A stretch of 53,376 bases of DNA from Bacilli bacterium (GTDB lineage Bacteria > Bacillota_I > Bacilli_A > RFN20 > CAG-826): positions 2,413 to 55,788 of the forward strand of contig JALRKT010000005.1 of NCBI GenBank assembly GCA_023268805.1, read 5' to 3'. Of the stretch, positions 13,028-20,939 are shown piece by piece; position 1 is the stretch's first letter, and each line of letters begins with the position of its first letter. The notes under the pieces were generated by a model. That model saw only the letters and a list, made by a program, of their open reading frames with translations, was not told the origin of the DNA and did no database searches. The position numbers were made by a program, and so were the translations under genes.

Positions 13028-14036
13028 ATGGCGTTTATTGTTTGTGGTTTTTATGGTGGGATGCACACCTACTTCGCCAACGAGTAACTTAAACAATTCA
13101 AGTGTGTTGACAAGCATTCCTCAACCCGATGATTTTGACAAAAACCGCGATGGAAAAACTGTTTTGATAGAATTGAATAAGTCGATTAACTTTTCACGTG
13201 AAAACAACAATGTGGGTGATTTTGTTCGCCTCTTCCCGGAAAACTATCGTGAGACAGAGGATGTCTGGGTACCCTATGCAACCGCAGAAGGGCCGGCGCT
13301 TGATCCTACATTTACAACCCGTGTTTGGACGGAAAATGAGTGGGACACAACCATAGCTCAACTCACCTCTCCTACTCAAGAAGCTTTTTTAGCGTTGTTA
13401 CAATCCTGGTTACCCTTTGATGATGTCTTTGTGTACCGTGAAGAAGTTGTGAATTTTAAAGATTTGAGTCACGAATTTTATGGTGGCGATTATTATTGGT
13501 TTAATAACCATATCGACACGTACACCACACGGTACGCACGGATGGATAACCAATTCATAACGGGTCGAGCAGAGGTACAAAGAACCTTTCAAACATTGAA
13601 CGAAATCTCGTTTGAACGCCTTCATGATGTGCAATTCAACGATGACACTATTTTTTCCTTGCAGGATGAAACTTTCCCCGCTGGCTATTTTGGGGCGGTT
13701 GATCAAAAATTAATGACGCCACGCGCCGGAAACAACACGAAGCATGCCTTGTCGTTAGGACCGGCTCGTTATTTATTAGACACCCTTGCCTATTGGGATT
13801 ATTTGATTCAAATGAGTCAGTCGGATAACACGATTAGTCCATATGCCCTTCAATTTACGTTTCAAAAACTTGCCGATGATGATCTTAATTTGCAATTTAA
13901 TATCACACAACCGCTCGAATCCTTACGCACAGAGGAGTATTATGAACATGTTGTTGACGTTCAAATACGTCAACGAGAATGGGTCGCATTCCATGAAGCC
14001 TCGTATCTATGGCTTGCTGACCATAGTGAGGGATAA
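13017..14036 (+). CDS. Uncharacterised lipoprotein
   Basis: 339-aa ORF overlapping the tadA end; signal peptide with lipobox MVGC followed by a S/T/P/N-rich linker. Confidence 0.75.
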   Translation: MKARWRLLFVVFMVGCTPTSPTSNLNNSSVLTSIPQPDDFDKNRDGKTVLIELNKSINFSRENNNVGDFVRLFPENYRETEDVWVPYATAEGPALDPTFTTRVWTENEWDTTIAQLTSPTQEAFLALLQSWLPFDDVFVYREEVVNFKDLSHEFYGGDYYWFNNHIDTYTTRYARMDNQFITGRAEVQRTFQTLNEISFERLHDVQFNDDTIFSLQDETFPAGYFGAVDQKLMTPRAGNNTKHALSLGPARYLLDTLAYWDYLIQMSQSDNTISPYALQFTFQKLADDDLNLQFNITQPLESLRTEEYYEHVVDVQIRQREWVAFHEASYLWLADHSEG

Positions 14037-14060
14037 GAAAGCGTGGTAAAATAAAAACCG

Positions 14061-15164
14061 ATGAAAAAAGAAGATATTTATAGCCTTGTTGTTTATGGGG
14101 TGATGGTTGCCATTGCCTTATTTGTGGGTTTAGAAATCATTGCACCCGCTTTTCGTACCCTTGGTATTGTAGGTGCAAGTCAATACGGATATGCAATTAT
14201 CACCATCGTGGCGGCTTTTCTCATTAATGTCATCTTATTAGAATTAGGCCACGTCTTGGGTGCGATCGTAGGAGGCTATGATATTAAATCCGTGAACATC
14301 CTTGGTCTTGCTCTTTATCGTTCTGAAAAAGGATGGCGAGTTGGCTTTAAATCGTTTGAAGGATTATCGGGAGAAACCGTTGTTGCTCCGAAAAACGCCA
14401 AATCCAAACCCGTTCTTAATCTCTGGGGTGGATTAATTCTTTACATGGTCGAAGTTGTTGTTGGCTTTTATCTTGCTTACTACGTATTTCTCGCTGAACA
14501 GTGGGGTCGTTACGCCTCCATTATTGTGATTGCCATCGGCGGGATGTTAATGATGTATAACTTTATGCCTTTCCGCATGGATACCGTGACGGATGGATAT
14601 CGTTTAGCGACCTTATCTAACGAAAAAGGAAACGAAGCGTACAACGAACTCATTCGCATTGAAAAAGCGTATAAAGATAACAGAGATCCAAAACCCTTCA
14701 AAACCTTCAAAGAAGTGAACAATCTCACCGCACAAATTCTCGTTTATAAAATTTATGACGCGCTTATCAATGAACAATATGATGATGCGTTAGGTTTTTT
14801 AGAACGCATTGAAGCGCATCCCCGCCTCGGTGAACTCTACCAACAACGCGCATTTTCCATTCGTTCTTTCATCACCTTATGGACGAGTAAGAAAAAAGAA
14901 GCGAGTGATTATTTTTATAATCTTTCCGCTAAAGATCGTAAATTTTTAGCTAATCATAACGCGATGCTCACGATGGCGGCTTATTTAATTGTCGCGGGAA
15001 CCATTGAAGATTCCTATTCTGAAGCCCGCTTTTGTGTGGACCGTCGTCCGGGATCCCTTGCCAAAATCAAAGAACCTGGTCGTGCCGAGATTGAAAATAA
15101 ACTCTTTGAAAGCGTCCTTGTCAAAGTCCAAAAGAAACATCCCAATTGGGATCTTAACCCTTAA
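14061..15164 (+). CDS. M50 (site-2 protease)-like membrane protein with degenerate HExxH and helical C-terminus
   Basis: Several TM segments, LELGH in place of HELGH, NFMP...DG motif, soluble helical tail. Confidence 0.7.
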   Translation: MKKEDIYSLVVYGVMVAIALFVGLEIIAPAFRTLGIVGASQYGYAIITIVAAFLINVILLELGHVLGAIVGGYDIKSVNILGLALYRSEKGWRVGFKSFEGLSGETVVAPKNAKSKPVLNLWGGLILYMVEVVVGFYLAYYVFLAEQWGRYASIIVIAIGGMLMMYNFMPFRMDTVTDGYRLATLSNEKGNEAYNELIRIEKAYKDNRDPKPFKTFKEVNNLTAQILVYKIYDALINEQYDDALGFLERIEAHPRLGELYQQRAFSIRSFITLWTSKKKEASDYFYNLSAKDRKFLANHNAMLTMAAYLIVAGTIEDSYSEARFCVDRRPGSLAKIKEPGRAEIENKLFESVLVKVQKKHPNWDLNP

Positions 15165-15579
15165 TTTCCTTTTTACTTTCTTTTTTCTTTTTTAAAAGAT
15201 CTTTTTCGATTCTTAAACGCACTTTTTCAGAATACGCGACCGCTTTGACCACAAAGAACAAGAGCAAGGCAATGAGTAAAAAGTCGATTAAAGATTGGAT
15301 TAGTAACCCATATTGAAGTCGGATGGGAAGGGTTTCCCATCCACTCGGTGGATTCATTAAGTCCATTTCTTCAGGATTAACGGGAACTCCCGGTTGTAGC
15401 GTTATAAACCAACTCGATAAATCTGTGGATACAAGCCAACTGATGAGCGGCATAAAAATATTATTCACAAGGCTTGAGACAATCTTTTGAAATGAGGTCC
15501 CAATCATGATCCCGACAGCAAGATCAATTACGTTGCCTTTGGATATAAATTTTGAAAATTCTTGAACAAATTTTTTCAT
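15154..15579 (-). CDS. mscL: Large-conductance mechanosensitive channel
   Basis: EFSKFISKGNVIDLAVGIMIG...IVSSLV..IFMP; YG.LIQSLIDFLLIA. Confidence 0.95.
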   Translation of the reverse strand: MKKFVQEFSKFISKGNVIDLAVGIMIGTSFQKIVSSLVNNIFMPLISWLVSTDLSSWFITLQPGVPVNPEEMDLMNPPSGWETLPIRLQYGLLIQSLIDFLLIALLLFFVVKAVAYSEKVRLRIEKDLLKKKKESKKEIKG

Positions 15580-15668
15580 CGTAAACTCCTTTTTTATATC
15601 GTAATCAAAATAAGACGAAGTAGCAAATGAAGAAGATTGTCTTACAATACATGTTAGAGGTACTTTGT

Positions 15669-15956
15669 ATGCAAGATTCTATTTTTTATTTGATCGCACT
15701 ATCCCTCGTCGTTCTCGTGCAAATATCCGTTTATCTCATTTATCAAAAGACCCAACAACAAAAAATCGCACTCCTACCGAATCTTGCCGTTTTAGTGGGC
15801 GGACTCGGTGTGAGTGCGTATCTTCGTTTTTTTGCCCCGATGGATGGGTGGAATGATCTTGCGGGCACGGTGATAGTTATTTTAACCATCGTCGCTACCT
15901 TGGCCAGTTTACTAACGTCGTTTTTGATGCTTTATTTCATCAAGAACAAAAAGTAA
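15669..15956 (+). CDS. Small 3-TM membrane protein (YesK-like)
   Basis: Three hydrophobic segments with a DGWNDLAG loop; SD GAGGT before ATG 15669. Confidence 0.6.
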   Translation: MQDSIFYLIALSLVVLVQISVYLIYQKTQQQKIALLPNLAVLVGGLGVSAYLRFFAPMDGWNDLAGTVIVILTIVATLASLLTSFLMLYFIKNKK

Positions 15957-17282
15957 TTATTTACCGGAAACGGTTAAGGATTTAATAAAGACACTGGGAA
16001 CGTTGTAGGACGATAAAAGAAGTTCGTTATCATTCGCAACTTCTTTGACGTTCATGAACACATCCACTAAGTTACCTGCGACGGTAATGAGGGTTAATGG
16101 GGTCGCTTTTTGACCTTTTTCAATCATAAAACCATTCGCTTGTAAGGAGAAATTACCAGATTGCGGGTTTAATCCAGCATGGACACCCATGAGTTCGGTA
16201 ATATAAACCCCTTCTTTGACTTGGCCAAAGAGTTGTTGAAGTGATTTTTTGCCCGGTTTTAAGACGATGTTGTTAAATCCAACCCCGACTTTACCGCCGC
16301 CACGATAGCCGTTTCCGGTGGTGGTTACACCATCTTTTTTTGCGGTGGTCAAGTTATAGAAGTACGTTTGTAAAACACCCTTTTTGATGACCGTCTTGTT
16401 ATAGGTTGCAACGCCTTCGTCATCAAAGTACGTAAAGAATTGGTTTTTTGTTAACGGCATTTCCATGACGGTGACTTTCTTACTGGCGACCGGTTGTTGC
16501 AGTTTGCCAAGCATCAAGGATGTTTTCTTTTGCACTTCTTCTGCAGAGGCGTTTTCTAAATAGGCTTCGAGTAAATCGGCCACGACATCCTTATCAAGAA
16601 CAACTTTGTAATTTTTCGATTTACATTGCGTTCCACCAAATTTTTCGACCGCTTTTTCGACAATTTTTTTGGCAAACGCATCTAAATCAAAGTCTGCGGG
16701 ATCGTTGGATAAGTGAACTTCCCCCGAACTCTTACGTTCCCCACTAGCTTCTGCAAGGACGCCAGCGTAGTAATAGTAGTAATTCGATTTGCGTTTGAGT
16801 TTTAAGCCATACGAGTTAATGAGCATCGCTTCGGATTCTCGTTCGTTGTATGTACATGCATTCACTTGGGTCACGCGGTTATCGAGTGCTTTTAATTTCT
16901 TTTCTAAAGCAAATAAACGTTCTTTTTTCGTTTCAATCGGTAATTCAGCAATCGCGGGATTAAAGACATTACGCTTTTTGTATTTTTCTGAACCCTCAAA
17001 AATAATCGCGAGTTCTTCTTTGGTGACTGTACCCGCGTTCGTTAAGATTTCTTGGATTAAAAAAGCAGGGGTATCTTTGGTGATTTTTTCCGTCGAAGCA
17101 TACCCAATTTTTCCGTTGACGATACCACGGGCATAAAGTGAAATATCTTCGGCGATTTTATACCCCTCAATTTGGGAGTTATAAAGTTTAAAGCTTGTGG
17201 ATTTTCCACGCGAAAAATAAAGTTCTAAGACATCAATTCCTTTTGCTTTTGCTAACGCAAAATAAGCATCAAATTTCGCCAT
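15957..17282 (-). CDS. pmbA: TldE/PmbA family protein (non-catalytic partner)
   Basis: FDDEGV, TGNGYR, G.HAGLNPQSGNFS, ITVAGNL; SD AGGAGG before ATG 17282. Confidence 0.9.
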   Translation of the reverse strand: MAKFDAYFALAKAKGIDVLELYFSRGKSTSFKLYNSQIEGYKIAEDISLYARGIVNGKIGYASTEKITKDTPAFLIQEILTNAGTVTKEELAIIFEGSEKYKKRNVFNPAIAELPIETKKERLFALEKKLKALDNRVTQVNACTYNERESEAMLINSYGLKLKRKSNYYYYYAGVLAEASGERKSSGEVHLSNDPADFDLDAFAKKIVEKAVEKFGGTQCKSKNYKVVLDKDVVADLLEAYLENASAEEVQKKTSLMLGKLQQPVASKKVTVMEMPLTKNQFFTYFDDEGVATYNKTVIKKGVLQTYFYNLTTAKKDGVTTTGNGYRGGGKVGVGFNNIVLKPGKKSLQQLFGQVKEGVYITELMGVHAGLNPQSGNFSLQANGFMIEKGQKATPLTLITVAGNLVDVFMNVKEVANDNELLLSSYNVPSVFIKSLTVSGK

Positions 17283-17283
17283 A

Positions 17284-18681
17284 TTATTGTCCTCCTCGGC
17301 GACCACCGACGGTAATTTCGGTTACTCGTAAGGTGGGTTGTCCAACATCGGTTGGAATACTACCGGATGCGGCACCGCACATCCCTTGGGCGCGGGCTAA
17401 GTCATTGGCAATCATATCGATTCGGGGAAGAATTTCGTCTCCCTTACCGACTAAAGCAGCGCCTTTGACCGCTTCGGCAATTTTTCCATCGCGGATCATG
17501 TAGCCTTCTGAGACGGTAAAGTTAAATTCACCGGTTGCAGGATTAACCGATCCACCCCCCATTTTTTTAGCGTATAAACCATAAGGGGTCGCGGCAATAA
17601 TTTCTTCGACGGTATGAGGACCGTTTTCAATAAAGGTGTTCGTCATACGGGACGTTGGTTCAAATTTGTAGTTTTGACGACGGGAGTGACCATTTTGTGG
17701 CGTATTCATACGGCGACCATTGAATTGGTCCACCATAAAATTCACAAGTACCCCATTTTTAATAAGTTGGGTTTTTTCGGTGGGGAATCCTTCATCATCG
17801 ACGTTCGTTGAACCCCAAGCATTTTGAATCGTACCATCATCCACCGCGTTCACGATGGGATTAGCGACTTGTTTACCTAATTTATCCCAGAAAACAGAAA
17901 GTTTCTTTGAAACGGCAGACGCTTCAAAGGGGTGACCACATGCTTCGTGGAAAATAACACCACCAAAGCCGTTTCCAATGACAACAGGCATTTTTCCGGA
18001 GGGGCATTCTACAGCGCCTAATAAGGTAATGGCACCCTTGGCAGTTTCTAACGCTAATTCTTTGAGTTTGATTTTATCCGTGAAGAATTCTAAACCATCA
18101 CTGGCACCAGGACCTTCACCCGAGGTTTCAAATCGACCATTTTCGGCAGCAATCGCAATCATGTACATACGACCACGACGACGTTCATCTTCAACGAGAC
18201 GTCCGAGGGTATTAAAAATAGTGACCTTTTTGACCATTTCTGAAAAGTACACATTGGTACGAACAATCCGTGGGTCGTAGGCGGCCATGATATCATTGGC
18301 TTCTTTCATGAGGGCGATTTTTTCTTGAACACTCACGGACTCTAATGGTTTTTCTGTCGCATTTAAATCCTTACGAGTGCGAACTTTTTTGAGTTCGGGG
18401 ACGTCAATCACGCGTTTATCTTGAAAAGCTTTTGAGATATTGGTTGCTAATTCAACTAAACTCTTTTTGGATAGGTCGGATGTATAGGCATACGCACTTT
18501 GTAGGTTTTTCAAGACGCGAATCCCAACACCATAACCGTTATTGGATGTGCGTTCTTCAATTTTGCCGTTTTCCATGATGGTGGTTTGACCCACAACATC
18601 TTCAAAATACAATTCGGCAAAATCCGCTCCGTTTGCTGTGGCTAAAACGAGCAACTCTTTCGCAAATTTCTTTGAAATCAT
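17284..18681 (-). CDS. tldD: TldD family metalloprotease
   Basis: GADFAELYFE, HEACGH zinc motif, DDEG, SRMTNTF, GMCG..SG..P. Confidence 0.93.
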   Translation of the reverse strand: MISKKFAKELLVLATANGADFAELYFEDVVGQTTIMENGKIEERTSNNGYGVGIRVLKNLQSAYAYTSDLSKKSLVELATNISKAFQDKRVIDVPELKKVRTRKDLNATEKPLESVSVQEKIALMKEANDIMAAYDPRIVRTNVYFSEMVKKVTIFNTLGRLVEDERRRGRMYMIAIAAENGRFETSGEGPGASDGLEFFTDKIKLKELALETAKGAITLLGAVECPSGKMPVVIGNGFGGVIFHEACGHPFEASAVSKKLSVFWDKLGKQVANPIVNAVDDGTIQNAWGSTNVDDEGFPTEKTQLIKNGVLVNFMVDQFNGRRMNTPQNGHSRRQNYKFEPTSRMTNTFIENGPHTVEEIIAATPYGLYAKKMGGGSVNPATGEFNFTVSEGYMIRDGKIAEAVKGAALVGKGDEILPRIDMIANDLARAQGMCGAASGSIPTDVGQPTLRVTEITVGGRRGGQ

Positions 18682-18892
18682 AATTTTCCTCCGCGATATT
18701 TCATTATTTTAACAAGTTATTTTTATAAAGGTTAGTCAAATTCATTGAAACTTGGTTGAAACTTGACATTTTCTTGATGTATTTTGGCTGGTTTGACGGT
18801 AAGTTTTTTAGTAGATAAGGTAGTAATCATCTCCCCCTACCCGCTTCCACTTCATCGACCCAAGATTCGCACTGAAGAGGGAAGAATTATCT

Positions 18893-18926
18893 AAAAACGC
18901 TTAGGTTAAGGAGCGTTTTTTCTTTT
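18893..18926 (+). terminator. Intrinsic-terminator-like hairpin inside the tldD/lipoprotein intergenic region
   Basis: AAAAACGCT(18893-18901)/AGCGTTTTT(18912-18920) then TCTTTT; no gene ends immediately upstream. Confidence 0.55.
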
Positions 18927-19008
18927 GATAAGATGATTTCTGTGTTATAAAGAAGTGTCTAGCAAATAAAATTGCTGTCTCGATTGTTAACTTGATAGAG
19001 GAAAAGAA

Positions 19009-19779
19009 ATGAAAATTAACAAAACTATTTTAGCTTTAGGCGCGACGACCGCCTTTTTAACGTCCTGCTTGGGACCACAAACTTATTTTTCAGAAGTCTT
19101 TAATACATTATACGACACCTATTTTCCAACCCAAGATGCCCAAGATCGCTTGAACATGAACTATCGTGTTGATGCGGAAATCGTTCAAGACACGAATGTT
19201 TATACTTTTGAAGTGGATTTCTTTGGAACGGGCTTAAAACTTGTTCAAATTAGTCCTGCGACAGTCAACGGGGTGGAAACCACACGCACATTAACCGTGA
19301 TCTATGATTATGCAGAAGAAGGTATGTTTGCCTCACGTACGTATGCGAACAACCCAACTGTCACCGATAAAGTTTTTGAAGCGTTTGATGACAACTCCTT
19401 CGATTTATTTAACGAAGCTGTCTCTGTTGCCGAAGCAACGTTAACCGAAGAAATTAAAGGAATTATTAACAACCAAGCGACCAACTTAGTCATTGGAGGT
19501 CAACCTGCCGATCAAGACGTCAAAGTTTACACCCTTCCTGTCGCTCAATTTGTCGATCTCGCTTCCTTTGAAGATGTGGCGGGCTTTGTTCCAACCGAAC
19601 TTACCGTGAAAGTCACATTTACGGCCAGTACGACTGCTGCCATGTTTGAAATTGATGCCGCGTCGACGGATAAGTCTTACAGTGCAACCGTTGAACTTTC
19701 TAATCCCGATGGACTTGTTGCCAGTAATTTCTTATTAACAGCCGAACAAAAAGCCACCTATGAAGGCTACGCTGCTTAA
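19009..19779 (+). CDS. Uncharacterised acidic lipoprotein
   Basis: MKINK signal, lipobox LTSC, host-like codon usage, own terminator. Confidence 0.8.
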   Translation: MKINKTILALGATTAFLTSCLGPQTYFSEVFNTLYDTYFPTQDAQDRLNMNYRVDAEIVQDTNVYTFEVDFFGTGLKLVQISPATVNGVETTRTLTVIYDYAEEGMFASRTYANNPTVTDKVFEAFDDNSFDLFNEAVSVAEATLTEEIKGIINNQATNLVIGGQPADQDVKVYTLPVAQFVDLASFEDVAGFVPTELTVKVTFTASTTAAMFEIDAASTDKSYSATVELSNPDGLVASNFLLTAEQKATYEGYAA

Positions 19780-19801
19780 GTAAAAGTCATCAAAACAAAA
19801 T

Positions 19802-19831
19802 AAAAAGAGAGGCTAATAACCTCTCTTTTTT
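19802..19831. terminator. Bidirectional intrinsic terminator
   Basis: AAAAAGAGAGG-7 nt-CCTCTCTTTTT between convergent genes. Confidence 0.88.
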
Positions 19832-19844
19832 GTATGAAATTTAC

Positions 19845-20516
19845 CTATTTTAAAGTGGGATGGAGTTTGTTTTTAACTTGAATTAATCCAAAGCCTAAGG
19901 CTCCAAAGATGCCCACTAACAACACAATAATAAACACGAATATTCCTAAATTACTGTAATTGTTAGGATTCACAAAGCCGTAATTGAATGCGGCTTCCCC
20001 GCTTTTAAACGTAAAGCTTAAACCAATGATGGTGTGAAAAATAAAATAAACAAACGGATAGATTAAAACGGTGATTGCGTTGCTATTTTTTAACGTACCA
20101 ACACCAGGGATCATAAAGAAAACCATGGTCATAAGGACGGTGGATAAATTGTGGTTGAGTAATTCCGAAAGACTCGAAACAGGATTCCATTGTCCTTGAA
20201 GCACGGGGTTGAGAACAAAGAATACGATAAAGAACACAATCAACGTATTAACGGTAATGATAATGACAAGTAATTTGTTCGTAATAAAGGTGAGTGTTTT
20301 TTCCCATTGAAATAGTTTACTCAAACCATAGGTGACAGACCAACCCGCAACCATTACATTGGTTTGATAGGTAAATAAATACCAAAATCGCCACCAGTCA
20401 TCGGTTTCGTCTAAAAGAAAATCGGCCACAAATTTTTCGACAAGAACGGCGGTTAACAATAATCCATACGCAAGAATGACCCAAGTTAACCAATGTTGTT
20501 TTAGTGTAAGTTTCAT
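19845..20516 (-). CDS. Pr6Pr / FAR-17a-AIG1-like integral membrane protein
   Basis: Six TM segments, FTYQTN, conserved His (LLNH), YPFVY, YGF motifs. Confidence 0.7.
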   Translation of the reverse strand: MKLTLKQHWLTWVILAYGLLLTAVLVEKFVADFLLDETDDWWRFWYLFTYQTNVMVAGWSVTYGLSKLFQWEKTLTFITNKLLVIIITVNTLIVFFIVFFVLNPVLQGQWNPVSSLSELLNHNLSTVLMTMVFFMIPGVGTLKNSNAITVLIYPFVYFIFHTIIGLSFTFKSGEAAFNYGFVNPNNYSNLGIFVFIIVLLVGIFGALGFGLIQVKNKLHPTLK

Positions 20517-20586
20517 CCATTTAACTCCTTTTAAATTGATATCATTATAATTCCAAAAAAAATATTTACAATTACACTCGTAAACA

Positions 20587-20615
20587 TTGCACGAAATCTC
20601 GTTAAATGATACTAT
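20587..20615 (+). promoter_or_regulatory. rpmE promoter
   Basis: TTGCAC-17 nt-TACTAT with extended TG at 20607-20608. Confidence 0.7.
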
Positions 20616-20626
20616 ACGTTAGCACT

Positions 20627-20663
20627 TACTTTAAATCCGCTTGAGATTTAAGGCAGAAGGGAG
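20627..20663 (+). promoter_or_regulatory. Putative L31 ribosomal leader hairpin
   Basis: CTTTAAATC(20629-20637)/GATTTAAGG(20645-20653) stem immediately before the SD of rpmE. Confidence 0.5.
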
Positions 20664-20671
20664 CAACATTT

Positions 20672-20881
20672 ATGAAAAAAGGACTTCACCCCAACTACAA
20701 ATCTGTGACGGTGACGTGCATTAGCTGCGGTAACACCTTTGAATCGGGATCCATTCTTGATGAAATTCGTGTCGATACCTGCAACCAATGCCACCCATTC
20801 TTTACAGGTAAAGATCGTTCGACGAAGGTCGATGGTCGCGTGGATCGTTTCAATAAACGTTACGGCAACTTAAACAAATAA
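20672..20881 (+). CDS. rpmE: 50S ribosomal protein L31 (zinc-binding type)
   Basis: MKKGLHPNY, CISCG, CNQCHPFFTG, GRVDRFNKRY. Confidence 0.97.
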   Translation: MKKGLHPNYKSVTVTCISCGNTFESGSILDEIRVDTCNQCHPFFTGKDRSTKVDGRVDRFNKRYGNLNK

Positions 20882-20889
20882 GGATTGTT

Positions 20890-20926
20890 AAAAAACCACA
20901 GGACGTCCATTCTGTGGTTTTTTCTT
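20890..20926 (+). terminator. Intrinsic terminator after rpmE
   Basis: AAAAAACCACAGGA/TTCTGTGGTTTTTT hairpin with T tail. Confidence 0.85.
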
Positions 20927-20939
20927 TATAATAAACATC

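Noticed and set aside
13027-13100. SRP RNA expected downstream of tadA as in B. subtilis
   Set aside because: No intergenic space and no SRP helix-8 motif; a lipoprotein gene overlaps tadA
13190-13205. parS-like palindrome TTTTCACGTGAAAA (also CGTTTCACGTCAAACT at 6377-6392)
   Set aside because: Only 12/16 and 13/16 matches to TGTTTCACGTGAAACA, the outer bases are wrong, both lie in coding sequence, and there is no parAB in the window
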